DNA from: an uncultured Deinococcales bacterium
GTDB taxonomy: Bacteria; Deinococcota; Deinococci; Deinococcales; JAAFIG01
DNA: 19,420 nt
Assembly (NCBI GenBank): GCA_964247135.1
Contig: CAXTTL010000075.1
Span: 1 to 19,420 of the forward strand
Direction: 5' to 3'
Numbering within the stretch: the first letter of the stretch is position 1; each line of letters begins with the position of its first letter. A program made the position numbers and the translations under genes. Shown here one piece after another: positions 1-6,682 of this stretch. The notes beneath the pieces were generated by a model. That model made no database searches and was not told the DNA's origin. It saw only the letters and a list, made by a program, of their open reading frames with translations.

Positions 1-46
1 TCTTCAGAAACCTCAAAACGTGCTCGAGGTTTATTGGTCAGGTCAC

Positions 47-583
47 TCACGACTCTGACCGTAAGGTTTTACGTTTTCCTTTGGGCAGCAGGGCAGGGTG
101 CGGAGTCGAGCCTCTCCGTTTACGCGTCTTCATGGTGCGCCCAACAAATTCAACCGAACCAAAAGGCACCAAATTCAAAGGTGTTTGTTTATGTTGAACA
201 TCGACTGCCCAGTACGGATTTGTGCTTGCAACCGAAGGCTTGGATTCAACTGCGTTCTCAAAGTGAAACAATCCCGAACTGGCAACAGCAACAAAAACCA
301 GCAAAAGGCGCAAAAGAAAATTTGACTTGAGTCGCACGAGTATTGGGTATCTCAAGACCCTGCGAATTCGGCACAACAACACCCAACGCCCCAACAGCGC
401 TTGATGTTCAAACCCCAACCGTTCAGCCTCGAGCCAACCACTGTTAGAAGGCGTTTTAAGTACGTTTTGAAAAGCACACTCAACCTGGTCTCTTGACTTC
501 ACCACCATTTCGGCAGTCAACAACCGCGACGCAATGCCCGTGGCAACATAAACAAAGACCAAAAGAATCAAAATTAAAATCAT
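47..583 (-). CDS. Hypothetical membrane protein (178 aa)
   Basis: ATG preceded by AAAGGAAAGCC; hydrophobic N-terminus (MILILILLVFVYVATGIA) and a second hydrophobic stretch (FLLRLLLVFVAVASSGLF); basic C-terminus. Confidence 0.6.
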   Translation of the reverse strand: MILILILLVFVYVATGIASRLLTAEMVVKSRDQVECAFQNVLKTPSNSGWLEAERLGFEHQALLGRWVLLCRIRRVLRYPILVRLKSNFLLRLLLVFVAVASSGLFHFENAVESKPSVASTNPYWAVDVQHKQTPLNLVPFGSVEFVGRTMKTRKRRGSTPHPALLPKGKRKTLRSES

Positions 584-610
584 GGCTTTCCTTTCAGCAC
601 CGTGAGAAAC

Positions 611-898
611 TCAATTTCGTTTCAAGCTGTAACCAAAATCGGCAAGCGCCGCCTTCAGAACTTCAAAAGCCGGACTTGTACTGGGACACATCACGTCAGC
701 CCCCAGCACCCGACCCGAATTCTGCCCAAACGCGTAAACTCGAGTTTCATCCGCATGAAACGAACGAAACGCCTTCAACCCATTCAACTCGGCATCCTGC
801 CCGCGAGCTGCAACGTCAAGGGCAACTTGCAATTTTGCAGGCAAATCAGCGTCGTCCAGGTGGTCATTCAAAACCACCATCACCGTCATGTACCCCAT
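611..898 (-). CDS. Hypothetical protein (95 aa), phage/plasmid-like
   Basis: Start moved from the ORF-track 1153 to ATG 898, preceded by AAAGGGGTTTTC; MGYMTVMVVLNDHLDD...FHADETRV reads as a globular protein. Confidence 0.7.
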   Translation of the reverse strand: MGYMTVMVVLNDHLDDADLPAKLQVALDVAARGQDAELNGLKAFRSFHADETRVYAFGQNSGRVLGADVMCPSTSPAFEVLKAALADFGYSLKRN

Positions 899-925
899 GA
901 AAACCCCTTTCTGAAACCAACGAAA

Positions 926-947
926 GGGACTCGAGAGTCCGAGTCCC
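926..947 (-). repeat. Intergenic hairpin GGGACTCG-N6-CGAGTCCC
   Basis: Perfect 8-bp inverted repeat, followed by TTT on the minus strand; shares CCGAGTCCCAAA with the hairpin at 1622-1648. Confidence 0.7.
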
Positions 948-1023
948 AAACGCCTGTCGAAACACCAATTGCCGAAACATAACCTTTGAGCAACCATTAA
1001 ACCCAGAGTTTCAGTCCAAAAGC

Positions 1024-1260
1024 TCAAACCATTGAACTCGCTCGAGCCAACCAAGCCTCGAGCAACCACCACGCCCGAACCCACGGGGTTACAACCTGAC
1101 ACTGATCCCAACACGCGAACATCAACTCGCCCGTTGAAACCAAAGCCTGACAAAGAACCACCAGTTCACCAAAAACAGGCTCGATCAATTCACGACCAGC
1201 CCGCCACTGAGAAAACCAGACGTCAACACAAATTTCAATCGCATCAAATTTTGTTTTCAT
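1024..1260 (-). CDS. Hypothetical protein (78 aa), Trp/Cys-rich
   Basis: AAGG-N8-ATGAAA start at 1260, directly downstream of the 32-bp motif; co-oriented with its neighbours. Confidence 0.5.
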   Translation of the reverse strand: MKTKFDAIEICVDVWFSQWRAGRELIEPVFGELVVLCQALVSTGELMFACWDQCQVVTPWVRAWWLLEAWLARASSMV

Positions 1261-1268
1261 GCCATTCA

Positions 1269-1300
1269 CCTTGCTCGAGCAGCCTTACCGCTCGAGCTAC
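1269..1300 (-). repeat. 32-bp double-GCTCGAGC motif, copy 1
   Basis: CCTTGCTCGAGCAG-N6-CGCTCGAGCTAC; 28/32 identical to 2066-2097. Confidence 0.85.
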
Positions 1301-1344
1301 TGCTTTGGCATCTCAAAGCGATCAACGGCGTTTATGACCGAAGA

Positions 1345-1596
1345 TCAATTTTTAACCTGCGGAATCTCCAGCCTGTGAGCGCGCCAATCAACAGGCAAAG
1401 TCTCGAGTGACCTGGTTTGAGCCACGACAACTCGAGCGGGAACATCCAAATCAAAACCGTACTTGTCTTTGATCTCTGCCTTCAAACGTCGACGTTCTGC
1501 ACGAAGAAGCCGAATGAAATGCAACTCGGCAAAGACCACACCCAGTACCACCAACGCAAAACACAAACCGACCGTCCAATAATTTTGAGCACACAT
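1345..1596 (-). CDS. Hypothetical single-pass membrane protein (83 aa)
   Basis: GGGAGG-N5-ATG at 1596; TM segment WTVGLCFALVVLGVVFA followed by a charged helical segment. Confidence 0.65.
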   Translation of the reverse strand: MCAQNYWTVGLCFALVVLGVVFAELHFIRLLRAERRRLKAEIKDKYGFDLDVPARVVVAQTRSLETLPVDWRAHRLEIPQVKN

Positions 1597-1610
1597 AAGA
1601 ACCTCCCAAG

Positions 1611-1645
1611 AAAAGAAAAAAGGACCCGAGCGAATCCCGAGTCCC
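1611..1645 (-). terminator. Intrinsic-terminator-like hairpin downstream of the DUF4326 gene
   Basis: Minus strand reads GGACTCGGG-ATTCG-CTCGGGTCC-TTTTTTCTTTT: a 9-bp stem with two G-U pairs and a U tract. Confidence 0.65.
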
Positions 1646-1664
1646 AAAACGAAAACAAGTTTGA

Positions 1665-2057
1665 TTAAATTACAAAATACTCAGCATCAAAACGTTCCTT
1701 CAACACGCCAGCCACCACATCAGCATGACAAGCCTTTGGCGCACACCAACACGCTAACTTCAACACCCCTTCAGCAATCAGAATTTGATACAAACGTTCG
1801 AGTTCAATCAGCACCGCATTGCCCGTGCAATCCCCAGCCAACCAAGCATCCGCTTGCTTTCGCAAATATAGATCGAAACGGTCAATCACCTGCTTGCGCT
1901 GAACATCATTGTTGGCATCAGCGAGATAAAAAGGATTGCCGAGCGGACTTGCAGGCAAATCACCCTGCGCCCGACCCAAATACACAACCTTACCTGCCAA
2001 AGCCAAGAGACGAACGCCAGGATTGCGAATGTTTACCACTTCAATAATTGGTTTCAT
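1665..2057 (-). CDS. DUF4326 domain protein
   Basis: Family motifs VYLGR, SPLGNPF and LACWCAPKACHADV; start ATG 2057 (AAGG-N8-ATG), alternative 2063. Confidence 0.88.
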   Translation of the reverse strand: MKPIIEVVNIRNPGVRLLALAGKVVYLGRAQGDLPASPLGNPFYLADANNDVQRKQVIDRFDLYLRKQADAWLAGDCTGNAVLIELERLYQILIAEGVLKLACWCAPKACHADVVAGVLKERFDAEYFVI

Positions 2058-2065
2058 GTCCATGC

Positions 2066-2097
2066 CCTTGCTCGAGCAGGGTCATCGCTCGAGCTAC
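2066..2097 (-). repeat. 32-bp double-GCTCGAGC motif, copy 2
   Basis: CCTTGCTCGAGCAG-GGTCAT-CGCTCGAGCTAC, at the same offset to ATGAAA as copy 1. Confidence 0.85.
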
Positions 2098-2118
2098 GTT
2101 GTTCACCCAAAACCCGAA

Positions 2119-2529
2119 TCACAAAATCGTCATTGGATTCCAAGCATTGTACTCAGCCATCAAAACGAGCATCCAATTGCGCAACCGTTCCTCCTGGTCA
2201 TCGACACCCGCTCGCTGCAGTTGAACATGCAACGCCAACGAATAACCAAGCAAATACGTTAAACCATCAAACGCAATACAGTTCGTGCTAGGTACTTGCT
2301 CATCATGGCAAACTTTTCCCACAAGCTCAGCCAACAAACCCTGAGCTTCTGGATTCACAAACGCATCAACCCAATCAGACTCAATCAAAACATGCCCCAT
2401 TTGAACAAGGTCTTCAATCGCCCCCGCACTCTGCACCGCACTGCGTTGAACCACACTTAACCTTTGATCATGATGTGACAACACTGTAACCACAAAAGTT
2501 TCGTTTTCGTGAACTTTAAATAAATACAT
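2119..2529 (-). CDS. Hypothetical protein (about 136 aa)
   Basis: Open frame co-oriented with neighbours; ATG 2529 (MYLFKVHENE) preferred because the longer version runs through the 2563-2584 palindrome. Start uncertain. Confidence 0.6.
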   Translation of the reverse strand: MYLFKVHENETFVVTVLSHHDQRLSVVQRSAVQSAGAIEDLVQMGHVLIESDWVDAFVNPEAQGLLAELVGKVCHDEQVPSTNCIAFDGLTYLLGYSLALHVQLQRAGVDDQEERLRNWMLVLMAEYNAWNPMTIL

Positions 2530-2562
2530 ACAACTTCTTATGACCCGCAGACCAAAATAAAA

Positions 2563-2584
2563 GCTCGAGTTTTTAAACTCGAGC
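2563..2584. repeat. Intergenic inverted repeat GCTCGAGTTT-TT-AAACTCGAGC
   Basis: Perfect 10-bp arms with a 2-nt spacer. Confidence 0.8.
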
Positions 2585-2606
2585 CTCAAAACCAAATTCA
2601 AAAGCG

Positions 2607-3107
2607 CTAATGAATCAAATACTCAAGATCAAAACGCGAGATCAGGGCATCGTCCAAACGATCACACAACGCATCATGCTCCTCGTCAGAAAACTTTTTG
2701 TTCAAACAAACCAACACATCTTTGAACGGAATGTTCGCTCGAGCTTCGTACTTCCAATACTCGAGCTTCGCCCCGAACTCCTCAGCGTCAAAGCCCCAAG
2801 GGATTGGTCTAGGATTCTCAAACAACCAATCCGCCGAAAACAACAACACAGCCAGCTCGAGCAAGGACTCAAAACCAAAGCCGGGCAAAAACTCCAACCA
2901 ATAACTCACATTTGTATTGACATGATCGTTACGGCCAAGAACCCAACGATCCAACTTCGCAAGCCAACGCCCTTGAACCACATTGTCATGATCCAACATC
3001 AAAACATAGGCTTTGTCCTGGGGTTTACGATCACGCTCAGCAACCCAACGCGAGAACGGAACCTCAAACAAATTCGGGTCCACCCTGGCACCAAAAGGAA
3101 TTTGCAT
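2607..3107 (-). CDS. Hypothetical protein (166 aa)
   Basis: GGAGG upstream of ATG 3107 (MQIPFGARVDPNL); several CTCGAG sites fall in frame as Leu-Glu. Confidence 0.7.
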   Translation of the reverse strand: MQIPFGARVDPNLFEVPFSRWVAERDRKPQDKAYVLMLDHDNVVQGRWLAKLDRWVLGRNDHVNTNVSYWLEFLPGFGFESLLELAVLLFSADWLFENPRPIPWGFDAEEFGAKLEYWKYEARANIPFKDVLVCLNKKFSDEEHDALCDRLDDALISRFDLEYLIH

Positions 3108-3145
3108 TAAAGACCAACCTCCAATTTCAATTTTGCAAACGAAAA

Positions 3146-3490
3146 CTAATGCCAATACAAAACCACGGCATCGTTTGGATTAAGCAAATTAAGATACGCC
3201 CAAACTGCCTGGCTCAACACGCCCCAACAAATATCAGCCCGCTCTGCCACCCCAATCAAATCACAAACGGACACCTGTTTCAAATCTGCATCATAACGAT
3301 CACAATTCAAAACCCCATAACCACGAAATCCAAAACCAACGAAATTCTCAGCAACCAAAACACCAACCCGATCTTGTAAACCCAACACTTAAACCGTCAA
3401 AACCGCATCAGACCCGCAATGCAACCTCGAGTGAGAATAAACCTCCGAACCTGCCACGGTTACCGGCAACAACGACAATTCAACAGCCAT
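3146..3490 (-). pseudogene. Possible 114-codon gene interrupted by an in-frame TAA at 3389-3391
   Basis: AGGGGG-preceded ATG at 3490 reads MAVELSLL...AVLTV, then TAA, then continues in frame into the 3146-3388 ORF (VLGLQDRVG...). Confidence 0.35.
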
Positions 3491-3524
3491 CATCTACCCC
3501 CTAAAACGATCAAGATATTGCTGA

Positions 3525-3551
3525 CCTTGCTCGAGCGAACTTCTCGAGCTA
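3525..3551 (-). repeat. Degenerate copy 3 of the double-CTCGAG motif
   Basis: CCTTGCTCGAGC-GAACTT-CTCGAGCTA: same flanks, shorter spacer. Confidence 0.7.
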
Positions 3552-3569
3552 GTTTTTGAAATAAAGAAT

Positions 3570-4313
3570 CTAATTTTTTTGAACCCTCAAAATATTCTTA
3601 CCCTTCACCTTCACAACCCCACCAACCTCAACATCCAAACCAACCCGCTTAAACAACTCCGGCAAATTCTTCTTAAACCAACGCTCCCGAAACTGAACCT
3701 GAGACATCAACCAACCCGACTTCTCATCAGCACTCGCCGCACTCGCGCAAGCCGCCAACAACTCAAACTTAAAACTCAAAACCCGAAGACCCACCGCCTC
3801 CACCCGACGACCAAAACCACCCACCCGATCATTCAACCGCACCAACTCTCCACGCAAAACCCCAACGTCAGCCTCCGCCCTCAACGCTCGAGCCTCCACC
3901 GCCCCAAGCCGAACTAACAAAGCCGCAACATCAACAGGTGCCACAACCTCGAGATGTTGAACATCCTCGACCTCAGCGACCTCAACCACCTCAGTAACAT
4001 CAACCACCTCAACAGCAACCACAGACTCAAACGCCTCGCCCTCGAGCACCCCGACCCCGCCCGCCTCAAACACCGGCAACTCAGACTTCACCAACGCCAA
4101 CGCCCCAGCAAAAGACAAACCAGGCGTCCCCTCAGCCCTCAACATCAACACCGCACGCTCAATCCGCCCAGCCACCAACAACGGAACCTTACGCTCCGTC
4201 ACCCCAACCACCTCACCAAACAAACCCACATAACAATCCAAATACCGCTTAAACGTCTTGGGCGTCAAACCCAAACGATTCCGAAACTCCAAACGATCCA
4301 CCAACTCATCCAT
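3570..4313 (-). CDS. HTH (MerR-like) plus coiled-coil DNA-binding protein (about 247 aa)
   Basis: N-terminal LVDRLEFRNRLGLTPKTFKRY HTH-like motif, acidic Val/Glu linker, heptad-like segment VEARALRAEADVGVLRGELVRLNDRV; ATG 4313 preferred over TTG 4349. Confidence 0.65.
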   Translation of the reverse strand: MDELVDRLEFRNRLGLTPKTFKRYLDCYVGLFGEVVGVTERKVPLLVAGRIERAVLMLRAEGTPGLSFAGALALVKSELPVFEAGGVGVLEGEAFESVVAVEVVDVTEVVEVAEVEDVQHLEVVAPVDVAALLVRLGAVEARALRAEADVGVLRGELVRLNDRVGGFGRRVEAVGLRVLSFKFELLAACASAASADEKSGWLMSQVQFRERWFKKNLPELFKRVGLDVEVGGVVKVKGKNILRVQKN

Positions 4314-4388
4314 ACAACCCCAATCCAAACTCGAGAAACCAAAATTCAAAAGCGCAATTGAAAAAAGACATAATTCAAACCTCGAGAC

Positions 4389-4790
4389 TCAACCCCCAGA
4401 CATCAACCGATCCAATTTTTTTTCAACCCGCAACAACCCCACCCGGTAAAACTCCACATCCCGAACCAAACCCCGCAACAAACGAGACAACTCGAGCAAC
4501 ACAAACCCATCACCCGAATCCCGCCGCAACAACTCCAAAAAAGCCTCACGCAAACCCAACCCAGGACTGACCCGCAACTCATCACGAACCGCCCCAAACA
4601 ACCACAACACCCCCACCGGCAACAAACGCTCACCACGAGAACCAACCAAAAACTTCCGACCCGTCAGCTCAGACCACACCAACGAATACTTCCGCACCGA
4701 AACCACAGACATCGCCAACAACTCCGCAGCCTCCGTCGCCGAACACAAACCCGCCTCGAGATTCAAATTCTTAAGTTTGCTCACCACCAC
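4389..4790 (-). CDS. HTH (MerR-like) DNA-binding protein (about 133 aa)
   Basis: CSATEAAELLAMSVVSVRKY HTH, GSRGERLLP wing-like motif, C-terminal leucine heptads; three tandem GTG starts (4790/4787/4784). Confidence 0.7.
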   Translation of the reverse strand: MVVSKLKNLNLEAGLCSATEAAELLAMSVVSVRKYSLVWSELTGRKFLVGSRGERLLPVGVLWLFGAVRDELRVSPGLGLREAFLELLRRDSGDGFVLLELSRLLRGLVRDVEFYRVGLLRVEKKLDRLMSGG

Positions 4791-4838
4791 AACCTAAAAC
4801 AAAACCAAAAACGCAACGAGGAAAAACGACAAAAACCC

Positions 4839-5281
4839 AGTAAGCACCCACGAAAACCCTCTCACGCACAACGATTGCTCACAACACCCAAAAACATCAG
4901 ACCTGCACAACAAAAACCCCAGTAAGCACCCCCCCAAAAAACCATCCCCCAACCCTTTCCAACCAAAACCACCCTGCCTTCGCGAGTAAGCACCCCCCGA
5001 CAACCACGTACCACACAACAAAAATACCACCACCTGCCTACTCAAACTCGAGCAACCAACCCCAGTACGCACCCTGCCTACTCAAGCAAAAACCAGACAA
5101 AACACCTGCCTACTCGAGTAAGCACTCCACAACAACCACGCACCAGACAGCTTAAAGATCACTGAGAACTTTGGATTAACCCAAAACCAAAGGCTCAATA
5201 GGCAAAAGCCTAAAATACCCCTTGTCATACCCTAGAGACGAAAGGGGTGCGTACTAAAAAATCGGTGTTTTGAGTACGCAC
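4839..5281. repeat. Array of AGTANGCA boxes (iteron/centromere/operator-like)
   Basis: Forward copies at 4839, 4921, 4985, 5064, 5117 and 5273; reverse copies (TGCNTACT) at 5035, 5075, 5107 and 5248. Confidence 0.85.
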
Positions 5282-5286
5282 CCCTT
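5242..5286. repeat. 14-bp perfect inverted repeat (candidate oriV/oriT element)
   Basis: AAGGGGTGCGTACT (5242-5255) and AGTACGCACCCCTT (5273-5286), with 4 more A-T pairs inside after one mismatch. The structure is certain; the function is inferred. Confidence 0.8.
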
Positions 5287-5362
5287 GAAAATGGTTCGTC
5301 ACTTGCAGACGTTCGAGTCACGACAACGACTTAAGTTTTACAGTCACTTGGTTGTCTAACGG

Positions 5363-5563
5363 TCACTCAACCCCTTTAAAATTCGAGTTTGAAGCCTCGA
5401 GCAGTACCGCACAGACCTCGCCGTACAAACGCGTCCTGGAAGCGCCTTGTCCGGTTTCTACGGCGTACAAGAAGTACAAGAAGTTGTCGAGATTTTCACG
5501 AGTTTGATCTCTCGATTTTCTACAAGGGTTCTGAAGTTCCGACAAAAGCAAGTTCGTTTGCAT
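5363..5563 (-). CDS. Small hypothetical protein (uncertain)
   Basis: 66-aa ORF with in-frame CTCGAG (LLEA); no recognisable motif or strong RBS. Confidence 0.3.
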   Translation of the reverse strand: MQTNLLLSELQNPCRKSRDQTRENLDNFLYFLYAVETGQGASRTRLYGEVCAVLLEASNSNFKGVE

Positions 5564-5662
5564 CTTCAATAGTCAAACCTTTGCCAAGTACGAAGCTGTA
5601 AAGCAATTTTACCTGATCGTGCCGAGGTTCGGAGTCTACTTGCTGGTCGTTAGTTGCAACTT

Positions 5663-5703
5663 CTTGTTTAAATCAACACCATTTTTTGATACTTGTTTAA
5701 ATC
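5663..5703. repeat. 12-bp direct repeat CTTGTTTAAATC x2
   Basis: Copies at 5663-5674 and 5692-5703 in an AT-rich intergenic gap. Confidence 0.7.
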
Positions 5704-5718
5704 TTCTACGCGTTTTAT

Positions 5719-6051
5719 TTATTCCTCTCTTGCCCCGAGCAGGTTAAGCAGCTCGAGGGCAGTTTTTAGAATTCTAAATAAGCCTTGGGTCATTGTTTTG
5801 GTTTGCATGGCAGAAAGTTCAAATTTAAAGTGCAATTGAGTTGGGCGCGGTATTGCTTTGATGTTGCCAGCTAGAGTGAACGGCTTGCCCTCGAGTTTGC
5901 GGTATTCCTTCAAAGTCGTTTGCGGACGTAATTCGTCAAGCTCAAGTTTCACCAGAACTACCCTGCCCGCACCAACCCGTTCGTGCCCTGGCTTTGGCGC
6001 GTCCGTGATGTCATACTCTGGCGCATTTACGTCTGTGCTGTGACAGATCAT
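5719..6051 (-). CDS. Hypothetical protein (110 aa)
   Basis: Open frame with both CTCGAG sites in frame as LE (KLEG, ALEL); divergent from the beta-barrel gene. Confidence 0.5.
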   Translation of the reverse strand: MICHSTDVNAPEYDITDAPKPGHERVGAGRVVLVKLELDELRPQTTLKEYRKLEGKPFTLAGNIKAIPRPTQLHFKFELSAMQTKTMTQGLFRILKTALELLNLLGAREE

Positions 6052-6122
6052 GGCGTTGCCGTTGTTTGTGTACTTGTGTTAAACCCTCAACCCGAACTTC
6101 AGATTTCGCTAGCCTGATAAGG

Positions 6123-6611
6123 ATGAAAAACAAAACCACAACACTGGTGCTACTCGCTCTCGCCTGGTCCACCGTCTGCCTGCCAGCAAACGCCGAAACG
6201 TTCGTTGGCGTGAATTACGGTTATCCTTATTCGGTCGGAATTTCGATCGGCACCAATATTGAAACCGGGATTGTCTTGCAGGGGAATTTCTCGAGCAACC
6301 TTTTGTTTGAATCTAAAGACCCCTCGTACTCGTTTTCGCTCGAAGCCAGTTATCAATCGGATTTGGACCTTGAGGGTTTTGTGCCATTAACACTGCGCTA
6401 CGGAATAGGTTTGAGTTTGGACCACAATCCGATTGCCTCGAGCGGTGAAAGCTTAAGCATATTGATTGGTGCCCACGCCAACTTTTGGTTGACCACAGCG
6501 TTCACGATTGACCTCAACCTTTTGATTCCCATTCGAACCATTGCCAGCAGTGTTTTCAATGGCGTTTCGCCTGGCTTGAACATCAGCCTCGGTGCCGGTT
6601 TTCACTTTTAG
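6123..6611 (+). CDS. Outer-membrane beta-barrel protein (162 aa, small barrel)
   Basis: Sec signal MKNKTTTLVLLALAWSTVCLPANA, alternating amphipathic strands, C-terminal beta-signal LGAGFHF ending in Phe. Confidence 0.85.
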   Translation: MKNKTTTLVLLALAWSTVCLPANAETFVGVNYGYPYSVGISIGTNIETGIVLQGNFSSNLLFESKDPSYSFSLEASYQSDLDLEGFVPLTLRYGIGLSLDHNPIASSGESLSILIGAHANFWLTTAFTIDLNLLIPIRTIASSVFNGVSPGLNISLGAGFHF

Positions 6612-6628
6612 AATGCATAGACCTAAAT

Positions 6629-6666
6629 TTTAATCAGCCCAGCGGCACTTTGCTGGGCTGATTAAA
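6629..6666. terminator. Bidirectional terminator-like hairpin between convergent genes
   Basis: 15-bp perfect inverted repeat TTTAATCAGCCCAGC / GCTGGGCTGATTAAA with an 8-nt loop. Confidence 0.85.
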
Positions 6667-6682
6667 TTGAATACGAAAAGAT

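Noticed and set aside
966-982. DdrO/RDRM operator (TTATGTT half-site on the minus strand)
   Set aside because: Only one half matches; the second half is not palindromic.
899-1153. Long 180-aa version of the 611 ORF
   Set aside because: It would overlap the 1024-1260 ORF and run through the 926-947 hairpin; a good RBS precedes ATG 898.
898-3551. Classical integron cassette array
   Set aside because: The hairpins are short and lack recognisable RYYYAAC/GTTRRRY attC ends, and no tyrosine integrase is in the window. Only the cassette-like layout is reported.
34-4570. Many + strand ORFs (e.g. 1661-2047, 2610-3110, 3579-3917, 3954-4361)
   Set aside because: Pro/Thr/Gln/Asn/His-rich shadows created by the T-poor + strand, which has few stop codons; they lie antisense to better-supported minus-strand genes.
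4794-5072. 92-aa minus-strand ORF over the repeat array
   Set aside because: Gly/Phe/Leu/Cys low-complexity product of the skewed repeats; no RBS or motif.
4830-5135. CRISPR array
   Set aside because: Repeats are only 8-18 bp, in both orientations, irregularly spaced, with no cas genes in the window.
5465-5483. Tandem GTACAAGAA x2
   Set aside because: Two 9-bp copies only; a trivial local duplication.
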